Origin: Squalus acanthias
Taxonomy: Eukaryota
Assembly (NCBI GenBank): GCA_030390025.1
Contig: CM059438.1
Coordinates: 67,148,001 to 67,212,000, forward strand
Reading direction: 5' to 3'
DNA length: 64,000 bases
Below are positions 13,601-26,192 of this stretch, piece by piece (positions within the stretch are counted from its first letter, which is position 1; each line of letters opens with the position of its first letter). The position numbers were made by a program, and so were the translations under genes. The notes under the pieces are model-generated. The model had not been told where the DNA came from and did no database searches. It saw only the letters and a list, made by a program, of their open reading frames with translations.

Positions 13601-14364
13601 GGGCCAGAAATTCGGCTCTCTGGCTTCCCGCGGGTGCAAGGATCGCGCGCGTACTTACCTAGCGCGCCTGCCATTGTGCTTCGGGCCCGCGTGGGATTCG
13701 GCTCCTGGGCCTCCTGCAGCTGCCGGCGCGCAGTGCTTGCGTATCCCAGGGGCGCAGTTAGTTCGAAGCATCCCCTGGGATCACATGGGCCATGGAGAGC
13801 CAATCGGAGCAGGGAATCATCATTCATAGATTTTGACAGGAAGACCTGTCAAATCTATGAATGGAGATCGGCCCCAAAACCTCACTAAAACTTCAAATAA
13901 ATTTAAAAAAACATCACATTTTTAAAATAACTATAAGTTACATAAATTAACTACTTTAAACAAAAATTTAAATTTTTGAAAAAATTAATTACACTTTTTA
14001 ACGGTGCTAAAAATAAACTTACCTTTCTTTAAAGTATGTAAAAAAGATAAACCTGTTGAAAAAATGTTTAATTTCTACTTAATTCACCACTTACCTTGTT
14101 AAAAGCAAGCCTTGCGCCTCCTTTTTTCCTGCGCAGCTTCTCCATACTTACCCTCACGGAGAAACCTGAAAAAAAAAACGAAGTTCGCTGTGTGCGCACT
14201 GCCTCTCCGGCGCACGCGTTCGACCTCTGAACCCCTTCCTTCAGGGCAACGGAAGTTCCGGTTTCCAGCGCATGCGCAGTGCATGCGCGAAACCGGCACT
14301 TTCGTTGGGTCTACGGGTGAGTACACAGCGCGTACTCACCCGTGGAGACCTGAATTTCTGGCCC
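13601..14364 (+). mobile_element. Harbinger-type MITE family A, copy 2
   Basis: Perfect TIR gggccagaaattc / gaatttctggccc, TSD TAA at 13598-13600 and 14365-14367. Confidence 0.95.
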
Positions 14365-16422
14365 TAAGTGTTTGTCCATTTACTTCCACCCCAACCACTC
14401 CCCCCATATTCTTTAGGGTGCGTGTGTGTTTTTATATTCCTGTCAGTCTCAGTTTCCATTTTATTAATGGGCGCCTATTTATCTGGTGTTCTCTGCTGAT
14501 GTTGTGTCTCGGTGCCTGTCTGGCTAGTTTCTCAGGATCTTTGTTGGTGATCTCGCTCTTGCCGTGCTGGCAGTACAGCTGTGACGTGCAATGTCTATAA
14601 AAGTCTCAGTCATTCCAAACAAATTTGCTGATATCAATCCGTATTCACAAAACAAGTAATCAAAAATAATGAACGGCTGGACAGAAGGGAAGAAGTGAAT
14701 GGTACAATTAAGAGTTATCATTCATGGCTGATTTTGAAAAGAGGACGCACATCAGATCTTAATAACCTCAGAGCAAAAATGTTGTTTTTGATAATTAAGC
14801 AAATTTTAGAATAAAAATGAAGAATTTGTGATGGCAATTCAACCAACAGGTTTAATAAGAAAGCAGTTAGACACTATTATAGGCATGAATATTTACTGTA
14901 AATGTTGATTTATTTCAGTACAGTACTATGAATAACTTTTAAAGAAACCTATTGGAGGAAGATTTTATTCCATGTCACACACCAGACTAGTATTTTGATA
15001 ATTATGAAATGGCCGGGTCTCAATGACAGGTTGACATTAGTCTGTTTCAACAGCACTTATATATTCATCATTAATTGAGGCTCATTTCAGTAACTTTTCC
15101 AGATGGCCAAGATCTAACATGCTCCAGGGCTGTCCTGATGGACCAGTCTGAACTTGGTGAATTCCACTCCTGCCAGCTTCAGGCTGTATTACAGAACCAT
15201 TTATTATAACTTGAACGTCACAGTAAAGTGTGATTATCAAAGGCTTGGGGGAAGGCAACCTGCCTCCCTGTCAACTGGGCATTGGTGCATGTTATGTTGC
15301 GAGGGAGGGAAGAGAGATGCATTATTAAATGGGCGAGGGAGGGAGGAAGGGGTAATGTCAGTTCTATTGCAGGATATATTGTTAGAATTATCAATCTGCC
15401 TAAACAGTACACAGAAATGTTCTCTGCACCAACACCAAAGCAGGATCAAGATTACACTCCACATACTGTGAAAATTATCACAATGCATGAAGCGCTGGAA
15501 TTAATTGTGTTTGGGTCGTTGCAGGAAAAGACTCTGATTAGTGACATTTCCCAATATCAAGTAGCTCAATCTCTTTTACACAGTCACTCTTCACTAAATA
15601 GTGAAGCAGAGATTGGATCAGTGGCTGAGCAAATTCTCCCTTTAAACAAAGTCCTCCATTAGCTGGGACAACATTAATGATCATATCCTGTATACAACTA
15701 CCTTTTATGTGCTTGTAAATGTGAGTGATGACATTGTATATGAAGGAATCGAGGGAGTTCATGCCGCATGTCTCGCTTTTGCCTATGACATAACTCTCCC
15801 CCCAGGTTGAAAAGGAGTACAGAAAACAGCTTTGGAGTCCAGTTCAAGTTATTAACACAAGGACATGGTCTATTGGGTGCTTTAAGGACTGCATCACATG
15901 TTACTCTGCAGGCGATTTACTTGATATGCAATGCTACACGTGAATCAGCAGGATATGAACAGCCTTAGGCTTGGTTTCATTACACTAATTCAGTAATTCA
16001 TTTATCATTGGGAGAGAAAAAAAATACCTGCATCAGGAAAGCCGAGGGAGAGTTCACCAAATAACAAACTTACGCTGGCGTTCCTGCTTGTGTAGGAGTA
16101 ACCACATCTTAATATCCGTTATTCTTTTACCTCATGGGAAGGGTTCATTTCACTATAAGATTCGCAGCTAATTGCCCCTTCTACTAACTGTTGCTTTTTG
16201 TCTTCCTCCCATTCTGTTGTTAATGAAAATGTTAAGTAAAGCTTTTAGCTTGTCCACTGCTGTTCCTGTGAACTCAAAGTTGTGGCTTCCAATTTTATTT
16301 CTGGCTGTCAACCATTTCCTGATGCTTGTGAAGAATGTATTGACCAGTGTCACATTTTTTGAGGTTTTTGCATTAGATATTTCCTTGGAATCAGCGTTAG
16401 TGGCCACGCTTGTTAGCAGACT

Positions 16423-16455
16423 TCACATCACCTGTGATCCAAAGTGTACCTTCTC
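16423..16455 (-). CDS. Candidate terminal coding exon of an unidentified host gene (EKVHFGSQVM*)
   Basis: On the minus strand: branch point TACTAAC (16483-16477), acceptor ttttgcag|G, and AATAAA at 16299-16294 about 125 nt after the stop. The frame is inferred from the upstream candidate exons. Confidence 0.4.
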   Translation of the reverse strand, partial: EKVHFGSQVM

Positions 16456-16536
16456 CTGCAAAATGTTTAGGTAAACGTTAGTAAGACCTAGGGATCGTAA
16501 CAGAGATGCCTTACTCTGTACACTGGCTACTGGAAT

Positions 16537-19032
16537 GTCTTCTTCTTAGGCAGTCCCTCGGAACCGAGGATGACTTGCTTCCACATTAAAAATGAGTTCT
16601 CAGGTGACTGATGAGTCCAATGCGGGACCTACAATCTCTGTCACAGGTGGGGCAGACGGTGGTGGAAGGGGTGGGTGGGTGGGGTGCTTGGGTTGACGTG
16701 TGCTGCTTGCACTGCCTGCGCTTGGCTTTCGCTTGCTCCCGGCGAAGAGACTCGAGGTGTTCGGCGCCTTCCCGGATGCTTCTCCTCAACTTTGTGCGGT
16801 CTTGGGCCAGGGATTCCCAGGTGTCGGTGGGGATGTTACATTTTTTCAAGGAGGCTTTGAGGGTGTCCTTGAAGCGTTTCCTCTGCCCACCTGGGGCTCT
16901 CTTGCCGTGCCGGAGCTCCGAGTAGAGCGCTTGTTTTGGGAGTTTCGTATCGGGTATGCGGACAATGTGACCTGTCCATCGGAGCTGATCAAGCGTGGTC
17001 AAAGCTTCGATGCTGGGGATGTTGGCGTGACCGAGAACACTGACGTTGGTGCGCCTATCCTGCCAATGGATTTGCAGGATCTTGCGGAGGCAGCGTTGGT
17101 GGTACCTCTCCAGTGCTTTGAGGTGCCTGCTGTACATGGTCCATGTCTCTGAGGCTTACAGCAGGGCGGGTATCACTGCTGCTCTGTAGACCATGAGCTT
17201 AGTGCCGGGTTTGAGGTCCTGGTCTTCAAACACTCTCTTCCTCAGGCGACCGAAGGCTGCACTGGCACACTGAAGGCGGTGTTGGACTTCGTCATCGATG
17301 TCTGCCCTTGTTGACAGTAGGCTCCCGAGGTATGGAAAGTGGTCCACGTTGTCCAAGGCCTTGTCGTGGATTTTGATAATCGGGGGCAGTACTGTGTGGC
17401 AGGGGCAGGTTGGTAGAGGACCTTTGTCTTATGGATGTTTAGTGTAAGGCCCATGCTCTCGTACGCTTCAGTGAAGGTGTTGACGATGGTTTGGAGTTCG
17501 ACCTCCGAGTGAGCGCAGAGTGTAATTGACGTGCGGTGAAGATCATGTCCATTGTGCCCCTAAGTGGCCGGAATCCATATTGCGACTCTGGGAAGAGCTA
17601 TTCGGCCACTGGGAGAAGGCGATTGAGGAGGATTCTTGCGATGACTTTCCCTGTGGCAGACAGCAGGGAAACTCCTCTGTAATTACCGCAATCAGACTTT
17701 TCACCATTCTTGAAGATGGTCACAATTACGGCGTCTCTGCGATCCCCTGGCATGCTCTCCTCCTTCCAGATAAGAAAAATGAGTTCATGAGTTCATGCCA
17801 GTAGTGCTTCTCCGCCATGCTTCAGTGCCTCGGCGGGGATTCCATCTGTTCCTGAGGCCTTGTTGTTCTTCAGTTGTCGGATGGCCTTTTCAACCTCATG
17901 CCGGGCTGGGGTTGTGCTGAGATGGTGGCGGGTAGCATGCTGCGGGATGGAGTTGAGGACACTCGCATCGAAGACAGAGTCTCGGTTAAGGAGATCTTCG
18001 AAGTGCTCCTTCCAGCGGGCACTGACTGCCTCTCTGTCCTTGATGAGTACCTCTCCGTTCTTGGCCTGCAGTGGGGTAGGGCCTTGGGTGCTTGGGCCGT
18101 AGGTGGTCTTGACTGCGCTAAAGAATCCACGCATGTCGTGGTTGTCGGCTAGCTGCTGGATCTCCTGCACTTTCTCCACCCACCATCTGTTCTTTAGGTC
18201 GCGAGTTTTTTGTTGGACCTCGGCCTTCAGGCGTCTGTAAAGCTGTTTTCTTGCTCTCGAGTTCTGTTGCTGTTTCCAGATCAGGAATGCCTTGCGCTTG
18301 TGGCTTATTAGCTCCTGGATCTCCTGGTCGTTCTCGTCGAACCAGTCTTGGTGTTTCCTGGTCGAGTGACCGAGCGTCTCTTCACAGGTGCGGATTATGG
18401 AGGCTTTGAGTGCAGACCAGGTGCTGTGGGCACTCTGTGTCTCTGCATCACTGGGAGTCATCAGGTTGTTTGTGAAGCGCAGGTTAAATAGGGCCTTCTT
18501 AGCAGGGTCTTTGAGTGCTCCAGCGTTGATTTTCCTGCGGCATTGTTTCTGTTGCCGCCGCTGTTTTGGGGCTACATTGATGGAGATGACAGAGCGGATT
18601 AGGCGGTGGTCTGTCCAGCAGTCATCAGCTCCTGTCATGGCACGGGTGATGCGGACGTCCTTGCGGTCCCTCGCTCGGACGATGACGTAGTCCAGCAGAT
18701 GCCAGTGCTTAGAGCGTGGGTGTTGCCATGAAGCCTTGTACTTGTCTCTCTGATGGAACAAGGTGTTGGTTATGACAAGGCCATGTTCTAAGCATTTCGA
18801 CAGGAGGAGGGTACCGTTGGAGTTGGCTTTCCCTATCCCCTCTCTGCCGATCACACCTCCCCAGAGGTCTGTGTCCTTTCCAACTCTGGCGTTAAAGTCG
18901 CCAAGGAGGATCAGCTTGTCACCCGCTGGGACTCGGGACAGGGATTGTTCGAGGCTGGAGTAGAATTCCTCTTTGGTCTCGTCTGTGGCTTCCAGTGTTG
19001 GGGCGTACGCACTGATGACCGTAGCGCACTGG
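16537..19032 (-). mobile_element. RTE-clade LINE (endonuclease + RT), 5' truncated, RT core deleted
   Basis: ORFs 17793-18854 (WQHPRSKHWHLLDY, WTDHRL), 17156-17356 and 16586-17137 (GGQRKRFKDTLK, CPTC..HLRTH). Tail gcctaagaagaaga. Confidence 0.95.
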
Positions 19033-19240
19033 AATGTATCACGGGATCCTCCTTACTTTGAAAGGCACAATGAATATACACTCTTACCAGACCAAGACTC
19101 AGGCTCGGAGCCAACAAATGGTTATACGTAAATGAAACACGTGTATAAATGGTACAATACCGTGAATTATACACACCACTACGCCCAAAATAATAAAGAT
19201 GCCACTCACGGTAAAGACGAACTTTAAAATGTAGACTCAC

Positions 19241-19284
19241 TTCTTGCATTGTGGAACGTATCTCAGTTTCTGGTCGACACAAAA
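19241..19284 (-). CDS. Candidate 44-nt internal exon ((V)LCRPETEIRSTMQE)
   Basis: Minus-strand acceptor tgttttgtttttaaag| and donor GAA|gtgagt. Its phase joins 25345 and 16455 without a stop. Confidence 0.35.
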
Positions 19285-19469
19285 CTTTAAAAACAAAACA
19301 CCTCTGAGACTGCTGGTTGGGCAACTGAAACACGCACTGTAGACTCTTCGTGACAAGCTTACTCACAGAAATATGATGGGAAACCGCTATGAAGTTATAC
19401 TGAAACAAAAGGCACTGGGCGAAGGCATCTTTCAAATTTACAGGATGCAGTGCATTACTTCAATAACAC

Positions 19470-19745
19470 CTCTCTCACCTGCAACCTCAACCATTGAAAA
19501 GGGCAAGAGGTGCAATGTTGTGGGAACATCACCACTTTCAATATCCCCTCCCAAATCACATACTTGGACATATATCGTTGTTCATTCATCATCGCTGGGT
19601 CAATGTCTTGGACTTCCCTATCTAACACCATCCTCACAAGGACTGCAGCAGTTCAAGGGCAGTCCCACCACCACCACAGGGCAACTAGAGATGGGCAATT
19701 AATACATCATTACCAGGGTCGCCCACATCCCAAGGACAAATAAAA
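19470..19745 (+). mobile_element. 3' fragment of a non-LTR retrotransposon (same family as 35020-35917 and 59116-59655)
   Basis: Shared 3' sequence ...cttcatcatcgctgggtcaa...caactagagatgggcaa. Confidence 0.7.
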
Positions 19746-19938
19746 ACAATTGGATCAAAAGCCATCCACAAAAGACTGTTTCTGTTATCAACATGAAATG
19801 GATAGCCAATATTTGACAACAGCAGAGTTATGTGCCCTTCTCCCATCTATCTGCAATAACTGGAGCTAAATGCCTCTCCCAATCAACTATGGAGACAACT
19901 CTCAGTCCGATTCTTATGACTCAAGTGCCAAATTAAGT

Positions 19939-20674
19939 GGCCTGAAGTTTCCGCTTTGGGCGCAATCGGTGATCGGGGCGCAAATTGCACCCAAAATTGT
20001 GCTAGTTTTGAGAAGTTTTGAGATTATATTTTTTCTCCCAAGTTTCCGCTCAAACTCGCTTGCATATCTTCGAACGTAAAATCTGCCTTGAGACAGTGCA
20101 ATTGTTTTAGAGCATAATATTAAAAAATGTTGCTTTAAAAAATATTCCTTGATATATTTAAGAGGGTTAACAGTGCAGTTTGATTAATACAGCTGAAAAT
20201 GGGTTTATCACAAAATAAGTATTTTAATCAGCATGTACCTGTGAGTAACCCGATTGTAAATAACTGAGAATGACGTTAAAAAAAATATACAGAACCATTT
20301 GCTGGTTATGTTGGTGTACAGTAGTCTGTTCCTTTTAAATTAAAAAAAATTATATTTGAAAACTTTTAAAATGTGCCTATTAGTGTCCTTGCGCCGAAAA
20401 AACCCTTAATGTCTAGAACCTCCACGAGGGCCGCGAAGGGGCGCAATTCGCGGAAATTCGCCATGGTGATTAAATCGATCTGGGGGCGTGGCCAGTTTTG
20501 TGGCCGGCTTCTAGCGCAATGTTTCTTAAACTAGCGCAAAAGATCACGGAAACTCGATCTGCGCTGGACGTAATGTGCGCTTGAAATTCCGCGATCTTTT
20601 CGCGCTGGTTTGGCCGATTTCGGGCGAAGTGCGCTGAAAAAAAAAACAGCGCAACTGAGCGGAAACTGCAGGCC
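19939..20674. mobile_element. Harbinger-type MITE (family D)
   Basis: 17-bp TIR ggcctgaagtttccgct / agcggaaactgcaggcc with 1 mismatch; 3-bp flanks AGT / AGC; AT-rich core. Confidence 0.85.
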
Positions 20675-22755
20675 AGCATATTGAATAGGACAACACCTGA
20701 ACAGTAAGTTATTACAAAACGCTTCTGAGGAGCAATGTATCTTAAGTGACCCCTTCTGCGCGCTAAACTGTGATCTCGCAGAAAGTAGCTAGCCATGATC
20801 AATCTTAAACACGCGTGACCGACATTAATCTTTCACACGCTGTTTCTAGCTGGAAACAATCCTAATCAAAATTGTGATGCAGACAAAAAGTACACTTTTG
20901 TCACAGCCAGGCTTGGTGCACCCTACTGGGAGAAAATGATGGCTTCTAATTCCAAAGGCAGCATTTACACTTGCTTTTAAAGCATTGCTATGTCTGGAGA
21001 TGCAAACAAATATCGTCTCTTTAGGTGGGTTTTGTTACCTCTACAGATAGCAGAGCTACGTTGTTTATCTTACTGTTCTAAAGTCAGGGTTTTCAGCATT
21101 AAACTTGCCCATAAGGAATGCATGACATTGGTTCAGGTGACTTGTCTGCTAAGTTGCCCCCTTTCGGGACTGATTGGGTGAAATTAGAAGCGCTGCGGGA
21201 AATTGCTGGCCGGAAACTACATTTGACAACTCTGTGTTGTGTGACACCCACACCAGATCCACTATCTGTTGTGCTGCTCAGCTGAATGTAACTCTGAGAT
21301 TTAACTGTTCCTTTCTATCCATCACAGTTAATCAAGATCAAAATGTCTTCAGCAAGGATAGCAAAGCATCACATTTCAAAACTGTCCGACATAACACTGT
21401 ACGTTTTTAGAAATGTTCTTAATTGTACGAATTCTAAACTAAAATGGAGCCTGCTGCCTCTCAGTGCCACTGCTAAAATATTCTGTCGCGCCTGACTATC
21501 CGTCTCTTTGCAACATAATTATTTGGCATCGCCCCTTCATGCCCAACACTGACACAAATGCAAGGCAAGCCCCACGCAAGACTAACTGGCATTTTTACTT
21601 CCCATTCACACAATGTCTAGAGATAACATATAACAATGTTATATAAAAGTAAAGCTAGCTTTCCAAATATCACATCAGATAGTTAAAGTGTGCTTTTCAA
21701 AACTCGATGCTCAGGAAAAATAAAGTTGCTGAAAAATGATTCTGGTCAATAATGCAATACAAGTCCTAAGTCACTGGAAACTGGATATTGACTCCTGGCA
21801 CTTGAAAATTGATTTGTTTCATTCAGATTAGCTCCCTTAAACTTGTAAAAAGTATGTCTCTTTTTCTTAAATGACTCCTTTATTTTAAAGCCGGGACTAC
21901 TTTGTTTCATCAGACAGGAAGTGACGAGGGAAGGTTATTGACAGCAAGTGCTGGATGGGTGATAACTGAAGTATATCATTTGCTTCGGATGTGCCTCAAA
22001 CTATCACCCACTTCAACCTCTTCAGTGTGAATGTAAAGATCCACATTAAGTTGCCTCCTGTTTGGGGATTCTGGATGCTTCTAATTCGGTCAATGGTTGC
22101 TCTTAATGGGACATTGGATGGTATAAAAAAAACATTCATGCCATTGGCGATGTCTGACTGCTACATGGCGATTTGACGAGAGAAGTGCTGAAGGTTAACT
22201 GGAGACCAGCCTCAGCTCTTTCAAGAAAGATGTAACGGACTCATTGTAGATTTGATAAAGTTGGAGCTTGTTCCAATTTATATTCTATTGTAATCATTAT
22301 TTTCCCCCGGTTTGTGAATTTTTCCCCCAAGTAAACATTTCTTCTAATTCCCTGTATCAAATCATAACAGTCAACTCCCCACATCACATCCTCCCACTTT
22401 GCATATACAGTAATGCATCCTATCATCAAGCAGCCTGCAAGGAATTCATTTCAACGGGGAAAAAAAACAGTAAGTCCAGACCTTATGTTGGCAGCTTTAT
22501 TATTTGAATAAAGTACTATGGGCAGTGTGTTAACTTGACAAACAACTCCCTGCGGGGGGCACCATTTTTCATGTAGTTCACACTTTATGTAAGAGATGAC
22601 TGATTAAATGAATGGATTCATAATTTATTCAGTGTTTAGATGTATGTCATGCTTATTAGCTATATATTAAAAGTCTGCCATACATCATGCCCTTCATGTC
22701 GGGGTCACACTTACTTTCTGCAACACTTTCCCATCACACTTCGTTCAAACTTATT

Positions 22756-23476
22756 GGGCCAGAAATTCAGCTTTCCGGCTTCCTGCGGGTGCAAGCATCG
22801 CGCGCGTACTTGCCTACCGCGCCTGCAGTTGTGCTCTGGGCCCACGAGGACTTCGGCTCCTGGGCCTCCTGCAGCTGCCGGCACGCAGTGCTTGTGTATC
22901 CCAGGGGCGCAGTTAGTTCGAAGCGTCTCCTGGGATCATGTGAGCCATGGAAGACCTGTCAAATCTATGAATAGAGATCGGCCCCAAAACCACACTTAAA
23001 CTTCAAATAAATTTAAAAAAATACATCACATTTTTAAAATAACTATAAGTTACATAAATTAACTACTTTAAACAAAAATTTAAATTTTTCAAAAAATTAA
23101 TTATACTTTTTAACGGTGCTAAAAATAAACTTACCTTTCTTTAGAGTATGTAAAAAAGATAAACCTGTTGAAAAAATGTTTAAATTGTAATTAATTAACC
23201 ACTTACCTTGTTAAAAACAGGCCTTGCGCCTCCTTTTTAAAAGTGCAGCTTCTCCATACTTACCCTCACGGAGAAACCTGAAAAAAAAAACGAAGTTCGC
23301 TGCATGTGCGCTGCCTCTCCCGCGCACGCGTTTGACTTCTGAACCCCTTCCTTCAGGGGAATGGAAGTTCCGGTTTCCCGCGCATGCACAGTGCATGCGT
23401 GAAACCGGCACTTCAGGTGGCCTTACGGGTGAGTACACAACGCGTACTCACCCGACAAGAGCCGAATTTCTGGCCC
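22756..23476 (+). mobile_element. Harbinger-type MITE family A, copy 3
   Basis: TIR gggccagaaattc / gaatttctggccc, TSD ATT at 22753-22755 and 23477-23479. Confidence 0.95.
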
Positions 23477-23654
23477 ATTGTTATAAAACTCACAGTGAGC
23501 AGTGCCACGGGAGGTCTGTTAGTATTCAAAAAAATCAAAGAGTTTTGTGACATTGGTGTCAATATTTATTCAAGGTCCTGTACATCCCAGGTCCATGAGG
23601 AAAATTGAATCTCCTACAATTTTTTAAGTTTTCTATCCGTTGTTTAAAAACCTA

Positions 23655-23998
23655 GGCGCACACTCCAGTACGATACTGAGGGAGTGCTGCACTGTCGGAG
23701 GTGCCGCCTTTCAGATGAAACATTAAACTGAGGCCCCATCCGCCCTCTCAGGTAAACATAAATGATCCCCTGGCACTATTTCGAAGAAGTGCAGAGGAGT
23801 TCTCCCCAATGTCCAGGTCAATGTTTATCCCTCAACCAATATCACTAAAAACAGATTGTCTGGTCATTCTCTTCTTGCTGTTTGTGGGATCTTACTGCAC
23901 GCAAATTCACTGCCATGTTTTGTACATTACAACAGTGACTAAACTTCAAAAGTACTTAATTGGCTGTAAAGCACTTTAGGACGTGAAATGCAAGTCTT
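23655..23998 (+). mobile_element. Deu-domain SINE
   Basis: tactgagggagtgctgcactgtcggaggtgcc...ggcactatttcgaagaag...ttggctgtaaagcacttt; its aaaacagatt target site is empty. Confidence 0.85.
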
Positions 23999-24431
23999 CC
24001 TTTTCTCTTAACTTCAATGTAGCTTCAGTTTAAGGAAATCTGAAAGATTAATATTTGCAATTAATATTTTCTCAATGTCATAATCAATTTTCTTTCATTT
24101 TCCTTGTCAAAAATAAGAAATATTACCTCATGGTTCTACATTGTAAAATAAACAACTTCCATATAATAAATCGTACCATGAATTGAGCTCAGCTGATCAT
24201 TTTATTAAATTGTTTCTGCTCGGTCTTTCACAGATAACTTAATATTGACCCTTAAAAAAATAACGGTGTCATAAATAATTCTGCCATTTATGACTCTTTT
24301 GAGAAGCTATTTTAATCATTTGGAATAACCACTGGCATTGTTGTGATAGATGAGGTGATGTTCAGAGTTAAACAATCATTTTTCAGAGTCGGCAGCTTTC
24401 ACTGAGAAGGGGGGGTTACTGTGGGGAGGAA

Positions 24432-25089
24432 TTTCCACCTCTGCAACATCGCCCGTCTCCGTCCTTGCCTCAGCTCATCCGCTGCTGAAACCCTCATCCA
24501 TGCCTTTGTTACCTCTAGACTTGACTATTCCAACACTCTCCTGGCTGACCTCCCACATTCCACCCTACGTAAAATTGAGCTGATCCAAATCTTGGCTGCC
24601 CGTGTCCTAACTTGCACCCAGTCCCGTTCACCCATCTCCCCTGTCCTCGCTGACCTACATTGGCTCCCGGTTAAGCAACGTCTCGATTTCAAAATTCTCA
24701 TCCTTGATTTCAAATCCCCCCATGGCCTCGCCCCTTCCTATCTCTGTAATCTCCTCCAGCCCCACAACCCCCTGAGATATCTGAGCTCCTCTAATTCTGC
24801 CCTCTTGAGCATCCCTGATTATAATCGCTCCACCATTGGTGGCCGTGCCTTCTGTTGCCTAGGCCCTAAGCTCTGGAATTCCCTGCCTAAACCTCTCCGC
24901 CTCGCTAACTCTCTTTCCTCCTTTAAGAGGCTCCTTAAAACCTACCTCTTTGACCAAGCTTTTGGTCACCTGCCCTAATTTCTCCTTATGTGGCTCGGTG
25001 TCAAATTTTTTGTCTTTTCATAATCCTGTGCAGCACCTTGGGATGTTTTACTACGTTAAAGGTGCTATATAAATACAAGTTGTTGTTGC
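24432..25089 (+). mobile_element. L2 LINE 3' end
   Basis: ORF NIARLRPCLSSSAAETLIHAFVTSRLDYSN...LHWLPV...LKTYLF; tail aaggtgctatataaatacaagttgttgttg. Confidence 0.93.
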
Positions 25090-25344
25090 TGAATTATAAA
25101 TCAATGCACAGAACAACGAGAGCCTGCCCCCATTCCGGGAGGTTGGATTCCCTCAAACAAAAAGTATTTTATCCTGAAATTTCCTCATCGCTTGTACATT
25201 CCAGTTGTTAGCTTGTAAAGTGGGAGCACAGTCAGCTTTAGTTTGTGCTTGTTTTATCGGGTTAAAACACAGCGTTGCTGTGATGAACCTTTACCGGTTG
25301 TCAGCGAGTGTGTCTGACACGCAGCAGCCTGCACCAGAGCTCAC

Positions 25345-25544
25345 CACACAGCTCACACAGGAGCTGACGGGAGGGCTCAACGCTGTGCTGAGCTGTCGTT
25401 TCCGAATGGTGCGATTTCTCATTGGAATGGTGGCGATCGCTGCATCCAGTCATTTTGTTCTTGTCGTACGCCTCCAGAAGCTTCTTGAAGACTTGAAAAT
25501 AATCGAGTGGGAATGGGAATGGTGGGTTGGCTGGAATCCTCCGC
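25345..25544 (-). CDS. Candidate 200-nt coding exon (RRIPANPPFPFPLDYFQVFKKLLEAYDKNKMTG...QLLCELC)
   Basis: Open frame bounded by ttcattaaag| and G|gtgagc. CpG-rich unique sequence in a CpG-poor background. I do not recognise the protein. Confidence 0.45.
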
Positions 25545-26192
25545 CTTTAATGAAGCATTGCAGAAAAGCAATTTTTATTTGTAGCGAGCAAATCATTCCT
25601 GCAGCCTTTTGAATGAGGGATCGGGGAAATGCAGATTCAATTTGGGGTTTGATGAATTACACACTGGTAATTTATAGCAGCATTGTTGCACAATGAGACA
25701 GACTCGGTTAATGAAGGAATGGATGATAATACACCTCTATCTGCCTATCAGCTTCCTCACAATTTGTTTTCCTAACCTGTTAAGTGCAATATCATCAAAA
25801 CCAAGATCATTAAAGCCAAAGTCGATTACAAGTGTTGATGTGATGGCACTTCACATCTTTTCTTTTAATTGGTGATTTATTTTTGTAAGATTGATGCCCC
25901 CGTTGAAGAACAGACAAGATTTTCACTTTGTTCTCGCAGCGTGAGTCGAACACTCCCGCCTTAGATTAGAACACAGGAGTCACGCTCCCTTTACCCAGGT
26001 AAATGCTGGTTCACTGTTATGGTTCGATTTTTTTTTTCCATTTCTCACATCATCGTGGCTTCTCCAAGTGAAATTTCCCACGAGTTCACACAAGATTCTG
26101 GGTGCTTGTATGCTGAGGCTCCACAGGCCCAAAGGTCTGTGTTAATTCTGTCCAATCTCATTCCGCATTGAGCCCTTGACAACTGGCAGAAA

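Noticed and set aside
16168..16474. 79-aa and 100-aa overlapping ORFs as genes
   Set aside because: Non-ATG starts and no recognisable domain. They overlap the predicted terminal exon/3' UTR.
22241..22437. Minus-strand acceptor ccttgcag| with a 62-aa ORF as an extra host exon
   Set aside because: No convincing donor and no recognisable peptide. It cannot be excluded as an alternative last exon but is unsupported.
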